Source: Clostridia bacterium (GTDB lineage Bacteria; Bacillota; Clostridia; Oscillospirales; CAG-272). Taken from it: a DNA stretch of 64,000 nt. The position numbers were made by a program, and so were the translations under genes. The notes under the pieces are model-generated. The model saw nothing but the letters and a program-made list of their open reading frames with translations, did no database searches and had not been told where the DNA came from. The DNA lies in assembly GCA_017537175.1 (NCBI GenBank), contig JAFYLH010000010.1:15740-79739 (forward strand). Reading direction: 5' to 3'. Below, piece by piece: positions 1 to 8,273 of this stretch (positions are counted from its first letter, which is position 1; every line of letters starts with the position of its first letter).

Positions 1-2
1 CA

Positions 3-341
3 ATACCCGCCACCACCTTTGACTATATATGGGATACCATCGATACCACCGACACAAGTGATGGGTTTATAAGCTCGATTGCCGACAAATATATTACCGC
101 CGACGGTAAAGGCGGAGATATAGTAAAGGTGCTTGAAACAGGAGGATATCCCCTCTTTATCACCCATTGGCAGAGCCTTATTTCTAACGGTCTGTGTACC
201 GGAATGGATGTGCTTGAGCTTATAGCCAAGCGGGTAAACGAGCATCTGGGTGACCGTGTGGAATGGTGCAGCTATGAGGAAATAATGCACATGGTTATTG
301 CGGATAAGAAAAGCTATCCAAAGCCTGTATTCGATAATTAA
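3..341 (+). CDS. 3' end of a gene starting upstream of the window; function unknown
   Basis: The frame is open from nt 3 (IPATTFDYIWDTIDTTD...) into the listed 129..341 ORF. The stop at 339-341 is followed by a hairpin+T-run at 349-374. Confidence 0.55.
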   Translation: MPATTFDYIWDTIDTTDTSDGFISSIADKYITADGKGGDIVKVLETGGYPLFITHWQSLISNGLCTGMDVLELIAKRVNEHLGDRVEWCSYEEIMHMVIADKKSYPKPVFDN

Positions 342-348
342 AAATAAA

Positions 349-374
349 GGATGTTGCGTGCAACATCCTTTTTT
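349..374 (+). terminator. Rho-independent terminator of the truncated upstream gene
   Basis: GGATGTTG-cgtg-CAACATCC followed by TTTTTT. Confidence 0.8.
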
Positions 375-413
375 CATCATTCACTTTTCACTGTTCACTT
401 TTCACTATTCACT
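371..413 (+). repeat. Heptad array, 6 units NTTCACT (TTTCATC ATTCACT TTTCACT GTTCACT TTTCACT ATTCACT)
   Basis: Strict 7-bp periodicity read directly; it starts at the T-run of the terminator at 349-374. Confidence 0.9.
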
Positions 414-498
414 AAAGAAACGGTCGGGATAATAAAACTTGATTTGCTGTAGTTTATCATTTTGCTGACTAAATATTATTATATTAAACCCAAATTAA

Positions 499-526
499 GT
501 GAATAGTGAATAGTAAAAGTTGAAAG
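499..526 (-). repeat. Inverted heptad array, 4 units (GTGAATA GTGAATA GTAAAAG TTGAAAG)
   Basis: GTGAATA is the reverse complement of TATTCAC; the array runs into the hairpin at 522-549. Confidence 0.85.
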
Positions 527-560
527 CAGCGGATCGCTCCGCTGCTTTCTTTTTGTTTTT
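522..560. terminator. Hairpin terminator downstream of the peptidase gene (bidirectional shape)
   Basis: GAAAGCAGCGG-atcgct-CCGCTGCTTTC flanked by T-rich runs; it lies 3 nt from the stop at 563. Confidence 0.6.
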
Positions 561-562
561 GA

Positions 563-3500
563 TTATTCTACTGTGATTACAAAGTAGTTATAAGACTCAT
601 CGTTGTACTGTACACAGAATGTGTATGTACCTGCCTTGAGGTTCTTAACTGTGATAACACCATCAACAGCTGCGGAAGCCTTAAGTGCTACAGAGCCGGG
701 AGCCTTCTTGATCTGAGAAGAAGTGGTCCACTCGCCTGCTGCATATCTTACGATATAGAGATCGTCGATATTACCGATGGTAACTACATTGTTAGACTGT
801 ACAAAGGTAGGAACCTTCTGCTCTACAGTATATGTGTAGATCTTGGTGTAGCCGTCGTTGTACTGTACTGCAACTGTTACCACACCGTTGTATCTGTACT
901 GGATCTTGTAGCTGTCAGCACCCTTGATATCGTTCTTTGCGGTGAACGCGCGTGCGCCTTCTGCCTTCTTGATCTGAGATACTGTGGTGTATTCGCCGTA
1001 TGCGGTTCTGATAACCTTAACATCTGCAAGGTTGCCAACTGTAAGCTGGAGACCGTTTGCAGAGAAGGTAGGCTCGGTTACGTCAACCTGCTGGTAGAGG
1101 AACTTCTGTGTACCGTCATTGTATCTTACAAGTACGGTGTAGTAGCCGCCTGCCTTAAGTGTGTAGGTGTAGCTCTCTGCACCTGCAAGCTTGTCGGGAG
1201 TGAGACGAACAACTGCGTTAGCCTTAACATCTGCGTAGGTGTTGTAATCACCGAGAGCGATGAATACATCCTTTACGTCAACCATACCTGCAACTGTAAG
1301 GTTGGGACCTTCTGCAGATACTGTAACACCGGTTTCGGGAGCACCGAATGCGGGGATGATCTCTTCAACTACGAGACCGCAACCACGGCGGCAAGTGCTG
1401 GTTCTGAGACCGTCTTCAGTCTCGGTAGCTTCCTTAACTACTACCCATGCACCCATAGCATGACCGAGTACACCTACGGTTTCCTCGTAGCTGTCGCCGC
1501 AAGAACATGTATAGGTCATAATACCGTTACCCTCACAGGTAGGCATTGTTGTCATCTTACCAACGTAGTTGTGTACGTGGGAGAAGTCACTCTCGTATAC
1601 TGCGTAGAGTGTGACAGGCTCGGTGATCTCATAAATCTCACCAACGTCATAGTTTGTACCGGAACCGTCTGCTCTGGTGTTCCAGTAAAGAACGGGCTTA
1701 CCGTCGCTTGCGGGAATAACGGTGAGACCGTTATAGCCTTCACGGTTTGCACGGAGGGTGTTCTTGTTATCCTTTGCAGGATTGAATTCAGAGGAAGAAG
1801 AATACTTGGTAACGTCAGCAGTTGCAAGAATCTGGTACTCATTACCGTCGGTAATGTATACGAAGTCCTGAATCTTAATGCCTGTGCCGTCGTTCATATC
1901 ATATGTAACGATGGGGTCCCAAGCTGCGTTAACAAAGATGTTTGTACCGTAAGGAACACGGTCGGTGTTAACCATAAATACGGAGTTCTTGTAGAGATGC
2001 TCGTAGATCTCGTACTCGTAACCGTTGTTGATGGGGTCATTGTAGGTAAGTCTGCCCTGACCGTTACCGGACCAGAACTCTACCTTGGTCATATCGTCCT
2101 TATCTGTCTGGAGTCTGTAGCCCTTGCGGTCAAGAGTAGCTGTTGCCTTGGGGAATACGAACTCGGTAGCAAAGGTCATAAGACCGTACTGAGACTCGGA
2201 CTTGGTGATGTTGGTGTTTTCGCCGTCCCAAGCACCGCCGTTGGGATCGTAGTATACTGCGTAGTAACCGCCGCCGTTAGTAAACGCGCCGTCACCGTCA
2301 CCCTTTCTCCATACGCCCTTAAGAGTCATGGAGTGGTCAAGCTTGATGGTCTGACCGGGGTTGTAATAACCGTTGTTTGTAAAGCCGTTTTCACTCCAGC
2401 CGATAAACGCCCAACCGGGGAAGGAAGGTGTATTGGTAGGAAGTGTTACGTATGTACCCTTAGATGCGTAAATCATTTCAGGGATATCCTCTGCACCGTC
2501 GATTGCAGGCTCAAAGCTGATAACACCTACAGTACCGGAGAAGTTGGAGTAAAGGAACTTATAAGCATTGGTAACTCTCTGCTTGCCGGGATCCTCAAGT
2601 GCAAGAACGTCTCTTGCCTGAGCCATAAACATATTGTCATCGGGAGAGAAGCCATACTTAAGAGCGGAGTCATAAAGCTCCTGAAGAGCGGAGGTGTCAA
2701 CCTCTACGTCCTCGGTAAACGCCTTGATATATGCGTTACAGGTGTCCATTGTCCAAGAACCGTCTTCGGGATCGTAAACGTAGGACTGACCGGGAAGTGC
2801 TTTTGCATAGGGATCGTACTCATACATACCGTAAGAGGGGTCGCTGCAGTTGGTCTGCATACCAACAACTACTGCAAATCTCTCACCGGGAAGAAGCTCA
2901 ACCGCTTCGGGAAGTCTGATAGTTCTGTAACCGATACCTGAGAAGGACTCGGATACGGTGGCACGAAGCTTACCTGTGTCAGGATTGTGAGGATCGGTCA
3001 TGTTGGTATAGATCTCAATGTGTGCGGTAGCAGCTTCGTTGTAAGACCATACGCCTACCTGCTTGAGCATCTCGTGACCCTTGGCGTGGAACATGTTAGC
3101 CTGCTTGAGAGTATGTCTCTCATAGCCGTTTTCGAACCAGAAGTAGTACCAACCTTCGCCCCAAGCACCATCATACTGATAGTTATTGTCTACATTGTCG
3201 ATACCCTCAAAGTCCATAATCCATGCATCATAGAGAGAGGTGTCATAGTAGGACAGCCAGAAATATCCGCCGCCGTTACCCCAGCTCTCATCCCAGGAGT
3301 TCTTCATAAGCCATGCACCGGGGCCGGGAGGGGGAGTCTTGAACGCAGACTGAGGAATGTTGTCATTCCAACCTACACAGTATACTGCGTGGTTAATACC
3401 TGTCTGGTAGTTCTGATAGTATGTAGTAGCACCGGGTATATCCTTAACCATACCGTGGTCATGATAATAAAGCGCATATACGCCACCGAAGGTCTGGATA

Positions 3501-4243
3501 GCAGACTTCATCATAGCTGCGTTTCTGGTATAAATCATGATATCGGTGATCATATGCTGCTCAGCGATATATCTCATATCGTCTGTCATACCCCAAGAGG
3601 AATATGCACCGTAGAAATCACAGGGAGGAAGCATAGCCTCGTGGATAGGACCGCACCATCTTGCAAGTGCAGAACCTGCGATAAGAGCGTTACCGCCTCT
3701 GTTGTGGGGATCGGGATCATTAACACCGTCGCACCACATGGGGTCGGTAGGATCTGTAGTTCTGGGTCTGTTGCCGAAGTAAGCAAGAGCAGCCTCAGAA
3801 TAGTTTACGTGGGTAGCATCGGGATTGTTACGGATAAAAGCAGTCTCAGCGCAAGCGATAGCTGCGAAAGCCCAACAGTTACCGGAACGACCCTGGTCCT
3901 GCACCTCAGTAATAATGTTGGTGCCGGCAGCATTGGTTACGCCCAAGCTGTTATATTCTGCAGGGAAGCCTGCAACATCGTCGATGATAGTACCTGCCTC
4001 GGAAGCAGCAGCTTCACGGGGAGTCTGAACTCTGTTGCCGTCTTCGTCAATAACGATAGTGTCGGTGACGCCGTATTCAGAGGTAGCTGTAGTATCGGGT
4101 ACAACGGCCATAACTACTCGACCGTCGTCCACTACTGTTACCGCTTCGGCAGCACTCAGTGTCATAGGAACCATAGGCACAAGCATCATTGCGACCAACG
4201 CTAATGCCACGATTCTTTTTGCGGGTGTGAAAAAGTGTTTCAT
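563..4243 (-). CDS. Secreted multidomain papain-like (C1 family) cysteine peptidase with Listeria-Bacteroides-type repeats, a Cys-rich module and three C-terminal tandem repeats
   Basis: ORF 563..4324, with the start moved to ATG 4243 (AAGGAAGG RBS, then MKHFF...signal peptide...LSAAEA). Motifs are QGRSGNCWAFAA (catalytic Cys), NHAVYCVGW (His) and NSWDESWGNGGYFW, plus GWAFIGW-type repeat signatures. Three roughly 80-aa repeats each end in YNDG. Confidence 0.85.
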   Translation of the reverse strand: MKHFFTPAKRIVALALVAMMLVPMVPMTLSAAEAVTVVDDGRVVMAVVPDTTATSEYGVTDTIVIDEDGNRVQTPREAAASEAGTIIDDVAGFPAEYNSLGVTNAAGTNIITEVQDQGRSGNCWAFAAIACAETAFIRNNPDATHVNYSEAALAYFGNRPRTTDPTDPMWCDGVNDPDPHNRGGNALIAGSALARWCGPIHEAMLPPCDFYGAYSSWGMTDDMRYIAEQHMITDIMIYTRNAAMMKSAIQTFGGVYALYYHDHGMVKDIPGATTYYQNYQTGINHAVYCVGWNDNIPQSAFKTPPPGPGAWLMKNSWDESWGNGGGYFWLSYYDTSLYDAWIMDFEGIDNVDNNYQYDGAWGEGWYYFWFENGYERHTLKQANMFHAKGHEMLKQVGVWSYNEAATAHIEIYTNMTDPHNPDTGKLRATVSESFSGIGYRTIRLPEAVELLPGERFAVVVGMQTNCSDPSYGMYEYDPYAKALPGQSYVYDPEDGSWTMDTCNAYIKAFTEDVEVDTSALQELYDSALKYGFSPDDNMFMAQARDVLALEDPGKQRVTNAYKFLYSNFSGTVGVISFEPAIDGAEDIPEMIYASKGTYVTLPTNTPSFPGWAFIGWSENGFTNNGYYNPGQTIKLDHSMTLKGVWRKGDGDGAFTNGGGYYAVYYDPNGGAWDGENTNITKSESQYGLMTFATEFVFPKATATLDRKGYRLQTDKDDMTKVEFWSGNGQGRLTYNDPINNGYEYEIYEHLYKNSVFMVNTDRVPYGTNIFVNAAWDPIVTYDMNDGTGIKIQDFVYITDGNEYQILATADVTKYSSSSEFNPAKDNKNTLRANREGYNGLTVIPASDGKPVLYWNTRADGSGTNYDVGEIYEITEPVTLYAVYESDFSHVHNYVGKMTTMPTCEGNGIMTYTCSCGDSYEETVGVLGHAMGAWVVVKEATETEDGLRTSTCRRGCGLVVEEIIPAFGAPETGVTVSAEGPNLTVAGMVDVKDVFIALGDYNTYADVKANAVVRLTPDKLAGAESYTYTLKAGGYYTVLVRYNDGTQKFLYQQVDVTEPTFSANGLQLTVGNLADVKVIRTAYGEYTTVSQIKKAEGARAFTAKNDIKGADSYKIQYRYNGVVTVAVQYNDGYTKIYTYTVEQKVPTFVQSNNVVTIGNIDDLYIVRYAAGEWTTSSQIKKAPGSVALKASAAVDGVITVKNLKAGTYTFCVQYNDESYNYFVITVE

Positions 4244-4307
4244 GGTTTTCCTTCCTTTACGGCATCGCCGTAGAAAATAATAATTTGCGGACCAAAATCC
4301 TTCGCCT

Positions 4308-4336
4308 ATTTTACCACAAAGCAAACACTTTTGTCA
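4308..4336 (-). promoter_or_regulatory. Sigma-70-type promoter of the C1 peptidase gene
   Basis: The minus strand reads TTGACA-18 nt-TAAAAT with a TG immediately upstream of the -10 (extended -10). It lies roughly 65 nt upstream of the ATG. Confidence 0.6.
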
Positions 4337-4410
4337 AATTTTATTTTTATTTTAGTAACATTTCGGACTCGTTTTGTTCGCATTTTATCTGTGTTTTTTG
4401 TGAACATCAT

Positions 4411-4448
4411 CCAAAAAAAGAAACAGATACACCGAGGTGTATCTGTTT
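4411..4448 (-). terminator. Terminator after the DUF89 gene
   Basis: AAACAGATACAC-cgag-GTGTATCTGTTT with an A7 run on the plus strand (a T-run on the minus strand). Confidence 0.75.
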
Positions 4449-4496
4449 ATATTTGTATATTTTATACGAAAATCCCTATTTTTGCTCCGCTGTAAT

Positions 4497-5339
4497 TTAC
4501 TTCATTTTAAGTACATATTTTCCCATTTCGACCTTAAAATGGCTTGAAATTACAGGGCATTTTACCTTAAAAAGGTAAAAAATTTCCCTGTTTGCGTCAT
4601 CAAGAGCCTCATAATTGCCCTGACCCTTGGATATGACCACGTCAGCTGTTTCAAATGCCGCTTTAAACTCATTGCTTGCCTCGGAGAGGATGGTACCGGG
4701 AGCAGTGGAGCCGCTGGAAATGATACGTGCATATTCTGCTATACCCGAACGCTCTGCTATCTCAACAGTAGCATCGTTTATACTGGGACAGTCACGGACT
4801 GCGTAGATTATCTCAACGTCACCCAATGCACGGAGCATAAGCACGTCAAAGTAGGTCTCACCCGAGTTGTCGGCTAAGATAAGCACCCTTTTGGCAGTTT
4901 TGAGCTTTTCACGCAGAAGCTCGATATCACAGATGCCGTAGGGTGTGTCAAGCTCTGCCGCCATAGATTCCTTAAAGGAGCCGCCGGGGTTTGCCGCACT
5001 GTCAAGGGTGTTGCCCGCACAGGCAGCCTTGATGCCCCAATACAGCGGATCATCCTTTGTAGCGATATACTCCTCTACCAAGGGGAAGTTGGCTTTGGCT
5101 GTGGCCATATCCTCTTCCTTTATATTATAATAGGGATCACGGCACCCGCTCATAGCACGTACACAGTTATGCATAGGTCCTGCGATATGAGGAGGAGAAG
5201 CGTAGCTCTCATAATCCGAGAGTATCTCCAGCTCCTTTTTCATTATATCGTGCTTTGTTTTATCGTCCGCCCCTGTCATGACAACTGCGTCAGTTACCTG
5301 ACGCAGTAAACAGTGCAGACATTCTGCCTGTATTCTCAT
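4497..5339 (-). CDS. DUF89 / ARMT1-like damage-control phosphatase family protein
   Basis: 280-aa ORF with an N-terminal CLHCLLRQ motif, ADNSGE..FD and KGQGNYE, as in DUF89 metal-dependent phosphatases. It overlaps the upstream kinase gene by 4 nt. Confidence 0.75.
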   Translation of the reverse strand: MRIQAECLHCLLRQVTDAVVMTGADDKTKHDIMKKELEILSDYESYASPPHIAGPMHNCVRAMSGCRDPYYNIKEEDMATAKANFPLVEEYIATKDDPLYWGIKAACAGNTLDSAANPGGSFKESMAAELDTPYGICDIELLREKLKTAKRVLILADNSGETYFDVLMLRALGDVEIIYAVRDCPSINDATVEIAERSGIAEYARIISSGSTAPGTILSEASNEFKAAFETADVVISKGQGNYEALDDANREIFYLFKVKCPVISSHFKVEMGKYVLKMK

Positions 5340-6313
5340 TTAAGCTTACCTACTGTCTTGCGGCAAACGTCGATCTCCTCAAGGGTGGGAATAGAGGGAG
5401 CGGCACCTGTCTTTGTGGTGGTAAGAGAGCCTGAAGCGTTGGCAAAGTCAAGGATATCATCAAGCTCGTCGGTGGAGAGCTCTGCGATCTCACAAAGTGT
5501 CTTGTCCTTTAATCTGAAAAGGATAGCACCGAGGAAGGCATCTCCCGCACCTGTGGTATCTACGGTTGCAACATCATAAGTATACATGAACTTAGAGCCG
5601 TTGCGATTGCAATAATAAGAGCCCTTGGCACCCATAGAGATGAATACCAGCTTAGCTCCAAGCTCGAAGAGCTTTGCCGCACCCTTATCAAGGTCATCCT
5701 CTTCGGTCAAGAGCTTAAGCTCCTCGTCGGACACCTTGATGATATCGGCAATTTTAGCACCCTCGGTCATACGCTCAACAGCCAGTTCCACGCTGTCCCA
5801 GAGAAGAGGACGGTAGTTGGGGTCATAGCTGATGATAGCACCCTTACTCTTTGCATACTTTGCAGCCTCTATTGTTGCAGTATATGCGGGATCGTCGGTA
5901 AGAGAAACAGAACCGAAGTGGAATATCTTTGCCGCTTCAAGCTGAGCCTTGTCAACCTCGGCAAAGTCGAGCATTACATCAGCTCCCGGCTTACGGTAGA
6001 AGCTGAAGGATCTGTCACCCTTTTCGTCAAGGGTAACAAAGGCAAGGGTTGTGGGGATCTTCTTGTCAAACAAAAGACCCTTGGTATCGATACCGTAGGA
6101 AACGAGAGTGTCGGATAAGAAGTTACCGAAGGCATCGTCGCCTACCTTGCCGATAAAGGCGGTGTGACCGCCAAAGCGGTTAACTGCCGCAAGCACGTTT
6201 GCCACAGCTCCGCCGGGATTGCACTCAAAGAGTGACATACCTTTTTTTGAAACGCCGTCGGGGGTGAAGTCGATAAGCACCTCACCCACGGCTACTACGT
6301 CGTATTTATTCAT
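5336..6313 (-). CDS. PfkB-family carbohydrate kinase, fructokinase-like
   Basis: N-terminal VVAVGEVLIDF, GGAVANV, and the C-terminal DTTGAGDAF PfkB signature. Confidence 0.8.
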   Translation of the reverse strand: MNKYDVVAVGEVLIDFTPDGVSKKGMSLFECNPGGAVANVLAAVNRFGGHTAFIGKVGDDAFGNFLSDTLVSYGIDTKGLLFDKKIPTTLAFVTLDEKGDRSFSFYRKPGADVMLDFAEVDKAQLEAAKIFHFGSVSLTDDPAYTATIEAAKYAKSKGAIISYDPNYRPLLWDSVELAVERMTEGAKIADIIKVSDEELKLLTEEDDLDKGAAKLFELGAKLVFISMGAKGSYYCNRNGSKFMYTYDVATVDTTGAGDAFLGAILFRLKDKTLCEIAELSTDELDDILDFANASGSLTTTKTGAAPSIPTLEEIDVCRKTVGKLK

Positions 6314-6315
6314 TA

Positions 6316-7269
6316 TTATAAACCAAGAGAAGCAGCACCGATGATGCCTGCATCGTTACCAAGCTCAGCGATCTTGATAACTGTCTTGTCATCGTGAGAG
6401 TTAGTGCCGTACTGATCACGGTCAACGATCTCCTTTACGGGGTTGAGCAGATAATCGCCCTCGCCGCAAACACCGCCGCCGATAGCAAATACCTGAGGCT
6501 GGAAGATGTTTACGATGTTAACCATACCGTATGCAAGGTAGTTGATGTACATGTCAACAACCTCTTTGCCTGCCTTGTCACCCTGCTTTGCAGCGTTGAA
6601 GGCAGTTCTGCCGCTGGTCTTTTCGATATCGCCCTCTACCATATCCCACATGATGGTGTCCTTGGTTTCCATGAGCTTTTCCTTAGTCATACGGATAAGA
6701 CCTGTAGCAGAGGAATAAGCCTCCCAACAGCCCTTTCTTCCGCAGGTACAAGGCTTGCCGCCGTACTCGATTGCCATATGACCGATCTCGGCACCTGCAT
6801 AGTTAAAGCCGGAGTAGAGCTTGCCGCCGATAACCATACCGCCGCCAAGACCTGTACCGAGAGTGATAAGGATAAGATCGTCACAGCCCTTACCTGCGCC
6901 TGCCTTTGCCTCAGCCAGAGCTGCAGCGTTAGCGTCGTTCTCGAGGTAAACCTTCTTTACGGGGATGTGAGACATAAGCTTCTCAGCGATGGGATAGTGG
7001 AACATCTTGATGTTGTTGCAGTACTTAACCACGCCGTTTGCGGGGTCAACGGTACCGGGAGCAGCGATACCAACGTATGCGATATCGTCAAAGGAGATAC
7101 CGGTACGCTCAACAAGGGACTTGATAAGATCAGCCATGTCCTTGATGATCTCGTCGCTGGGTCTGCCTGCAAGGGTAGGAACCTTGTCCTTTAATACAAT
7201 GTTGAACTCCTCGTCAACAATACCTATGGCGATATTGGTACCGCCAAGGTCAACACCTACATAATACAT
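6316..7269 (-). CDS. glcK: ROK-family glucokinase
   Basis: VGVDLGGTNIAIG ATP-binding motif, ENDANAAALAE, and the ROK zinc motif CTCGRKGCWE. Confidence 0.8.
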   Translation of the reverse strand: MYYVGVDLGGTNIAIGIVDEEFNIVLKDKVPTLAGRPSDEIIKDMADLIKSLVERTGISFDDIAYVGIAAPGTVDPANGVVKYCNNIKMFHYPIAEKLMSHIPVKKVYLENDANAAALAEAKAGAGKGCDDLILITLGTGLGGGMVIGGKLYSGFNYAGAEIGHMAIEYGGKPCTCGRKGCWEAYSSATGLIRMTKEKLMETKDTIMWDMVEGDIEKTSGRTAFNAAKQGDKAGKEVVDMYINYLAYGMVNIVNIFQPQVFAIGGGVCGEGDYLLNPVKEIVDRDQYGTNSHDDKTVIKIAELGNDAGIIGAASLGL

Positions 7270-7415
7270 ATATGTAAACCTCCAAAGTTTATATTTCTAT
7301 GATGATTATAACACTTTAATTATGAAAAGTAAATATTTTTGCGGGAAAAGAGTTGTTTTATTCTTTCTTTAATGATATACTTTACTTAATTTACAAAACA
7401 AAGGGGGAAATGAAA

Positions 7416-8102
7416 ATGAAAAAGTTAATATTAATTATTTCAGCAACATTATTATGTATTTCTTTTACTGGATGCGAATCCTATTTTAAAACTTTAGAAG
7501 ATGTTAGTTCTGCATATCAAGAACAATTGGAGAAAGTTACAGGAAACGAAACAAATGATACAACATATGTAAAAAATGAGCAAACCCAAAGTGATACTTC
7601 AATAGAAAGTAACACACTCAAAGCCAACGAAGATACATTAAATACCAAAATAATGGATGATGGCTATATTAACGGAACAAATGCACAAAACATAGAATCT
7701 TCATTAAAAAGTATAGAAGAATATAATTGGTGGGAAGATCATACCCTTACACAATCAAGAATCAACAAAGAGTGGTCTGTTTACTGTGCAAACAATGAGA
7801 GTACTACTTATACGAAATCATATGATTTGAGTGCACATGACACATTGGAAATCGAAATTGCGGAATTCAGAACATATGATTATGATTACGATTATTTATT
7901 ATTATGTGCATCATTTTTCGATACTGATTTAATAGATGCAGAAGAAGTAAAAGAATGGATACGAGAATATGATAAGTCCAAAGGTACCGTCGAAAAAACA
8001 TTTGGAGATGCAGAATTCACTATGAGCTATACTGAATATGATGATGGTGAGTGTTATGTTGAGTTTTCAGTATGGGCTTGCGGAGATATCAACTCTAATT
8101 AA
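7416..8102 (+). CDS. Lipoprotein of unknown function in an AT-rich gene
   Basis: ORF 7353..8102. The likely start is ATG 7416 (or 7410), downstream of AAGGGGGAA. It has a signal peptide with lipobox ISFTGC. Composition is visibly AT-richer than the flanking genes. Confidence 0.7.
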   Translation: MKKLILIISATLLCISFTGCESYFKTLEDVSSAYQEQLEKVTGNETNDTTYVKNEQTQSDTSIESNTLKANEDTLNTKIMDDGYINGTNAQNIESSLKSIEEYNWWEDHTLTQSRINKEWSVYCANNESTTYTKSYDLSAHDTLEIEIAEFRTYDYDYDYLLLCASFFDTDLIDAEEVKEWIREYDKSKGTVEKTFGDAEFTMSYTEYDDGECYVEFSVWACGDINSN

Positions 8103-8108
8103 AATGAT

Positions 8109-8139
8109 ATCAGCCTGTGAAAGCAGGCTGATTTTATTT
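8109..8139 (+). terminator. Terminator after the AT-rich lipoprotein gene (first of two hairpins)
   Basis: ATCAGCCTG-tgaaag-CAGGCTGAT followed by TTTATTT. Confidence 0.75.
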
Positions 8140-8140
8140 C

Positions 8141-8169
8141 GCCTTCCCCGCTGGGGAAGGCTTTATATT
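8141..8169 (+). terminator. Second tandem hairpin
   Basis: GCCTTCCCC-gct-GGGGAAGGC followed by TTTATATT. Confidence 0.55.
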
Positions 8170-8205
8170 ATAATTGTAAAAACTGAATTTTTTGTCGGAA
8201 ATGGG

Positions 8206-8258
8206 TTGTTTTATTTTTCTAATAGTGATATAATTTTCTTAATTATAAATATCACTAT
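8206..8258 (+). promoter_or_regulatory. Putative nagA promoter overlapped by a 10-bp inverted repeat (candidate repressor operator)
   Basis: TTGTTT-17 nt-TATAAT (8206-8234). ATAGTGATAT (8222-8231) and ATATCACTAT (8249-8258) form a perfect inverted repeat straddling the -10 and +1. Confidence 0.45.
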
Positions 8259-8273
8259 CACGAGGACAAAGCT

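Noticed and set aside
1460-4204. Long plus-strand ORFs (1460..2941, 493 aa; 2987..4204, 405 aa) inside the peptidase gene
   Set aside because: They are antisense shadow ORFs of a well-supported minus-strand gene. Their translations are low-complexity (V/G/C-rich) with no motifs, RBS or promoter.
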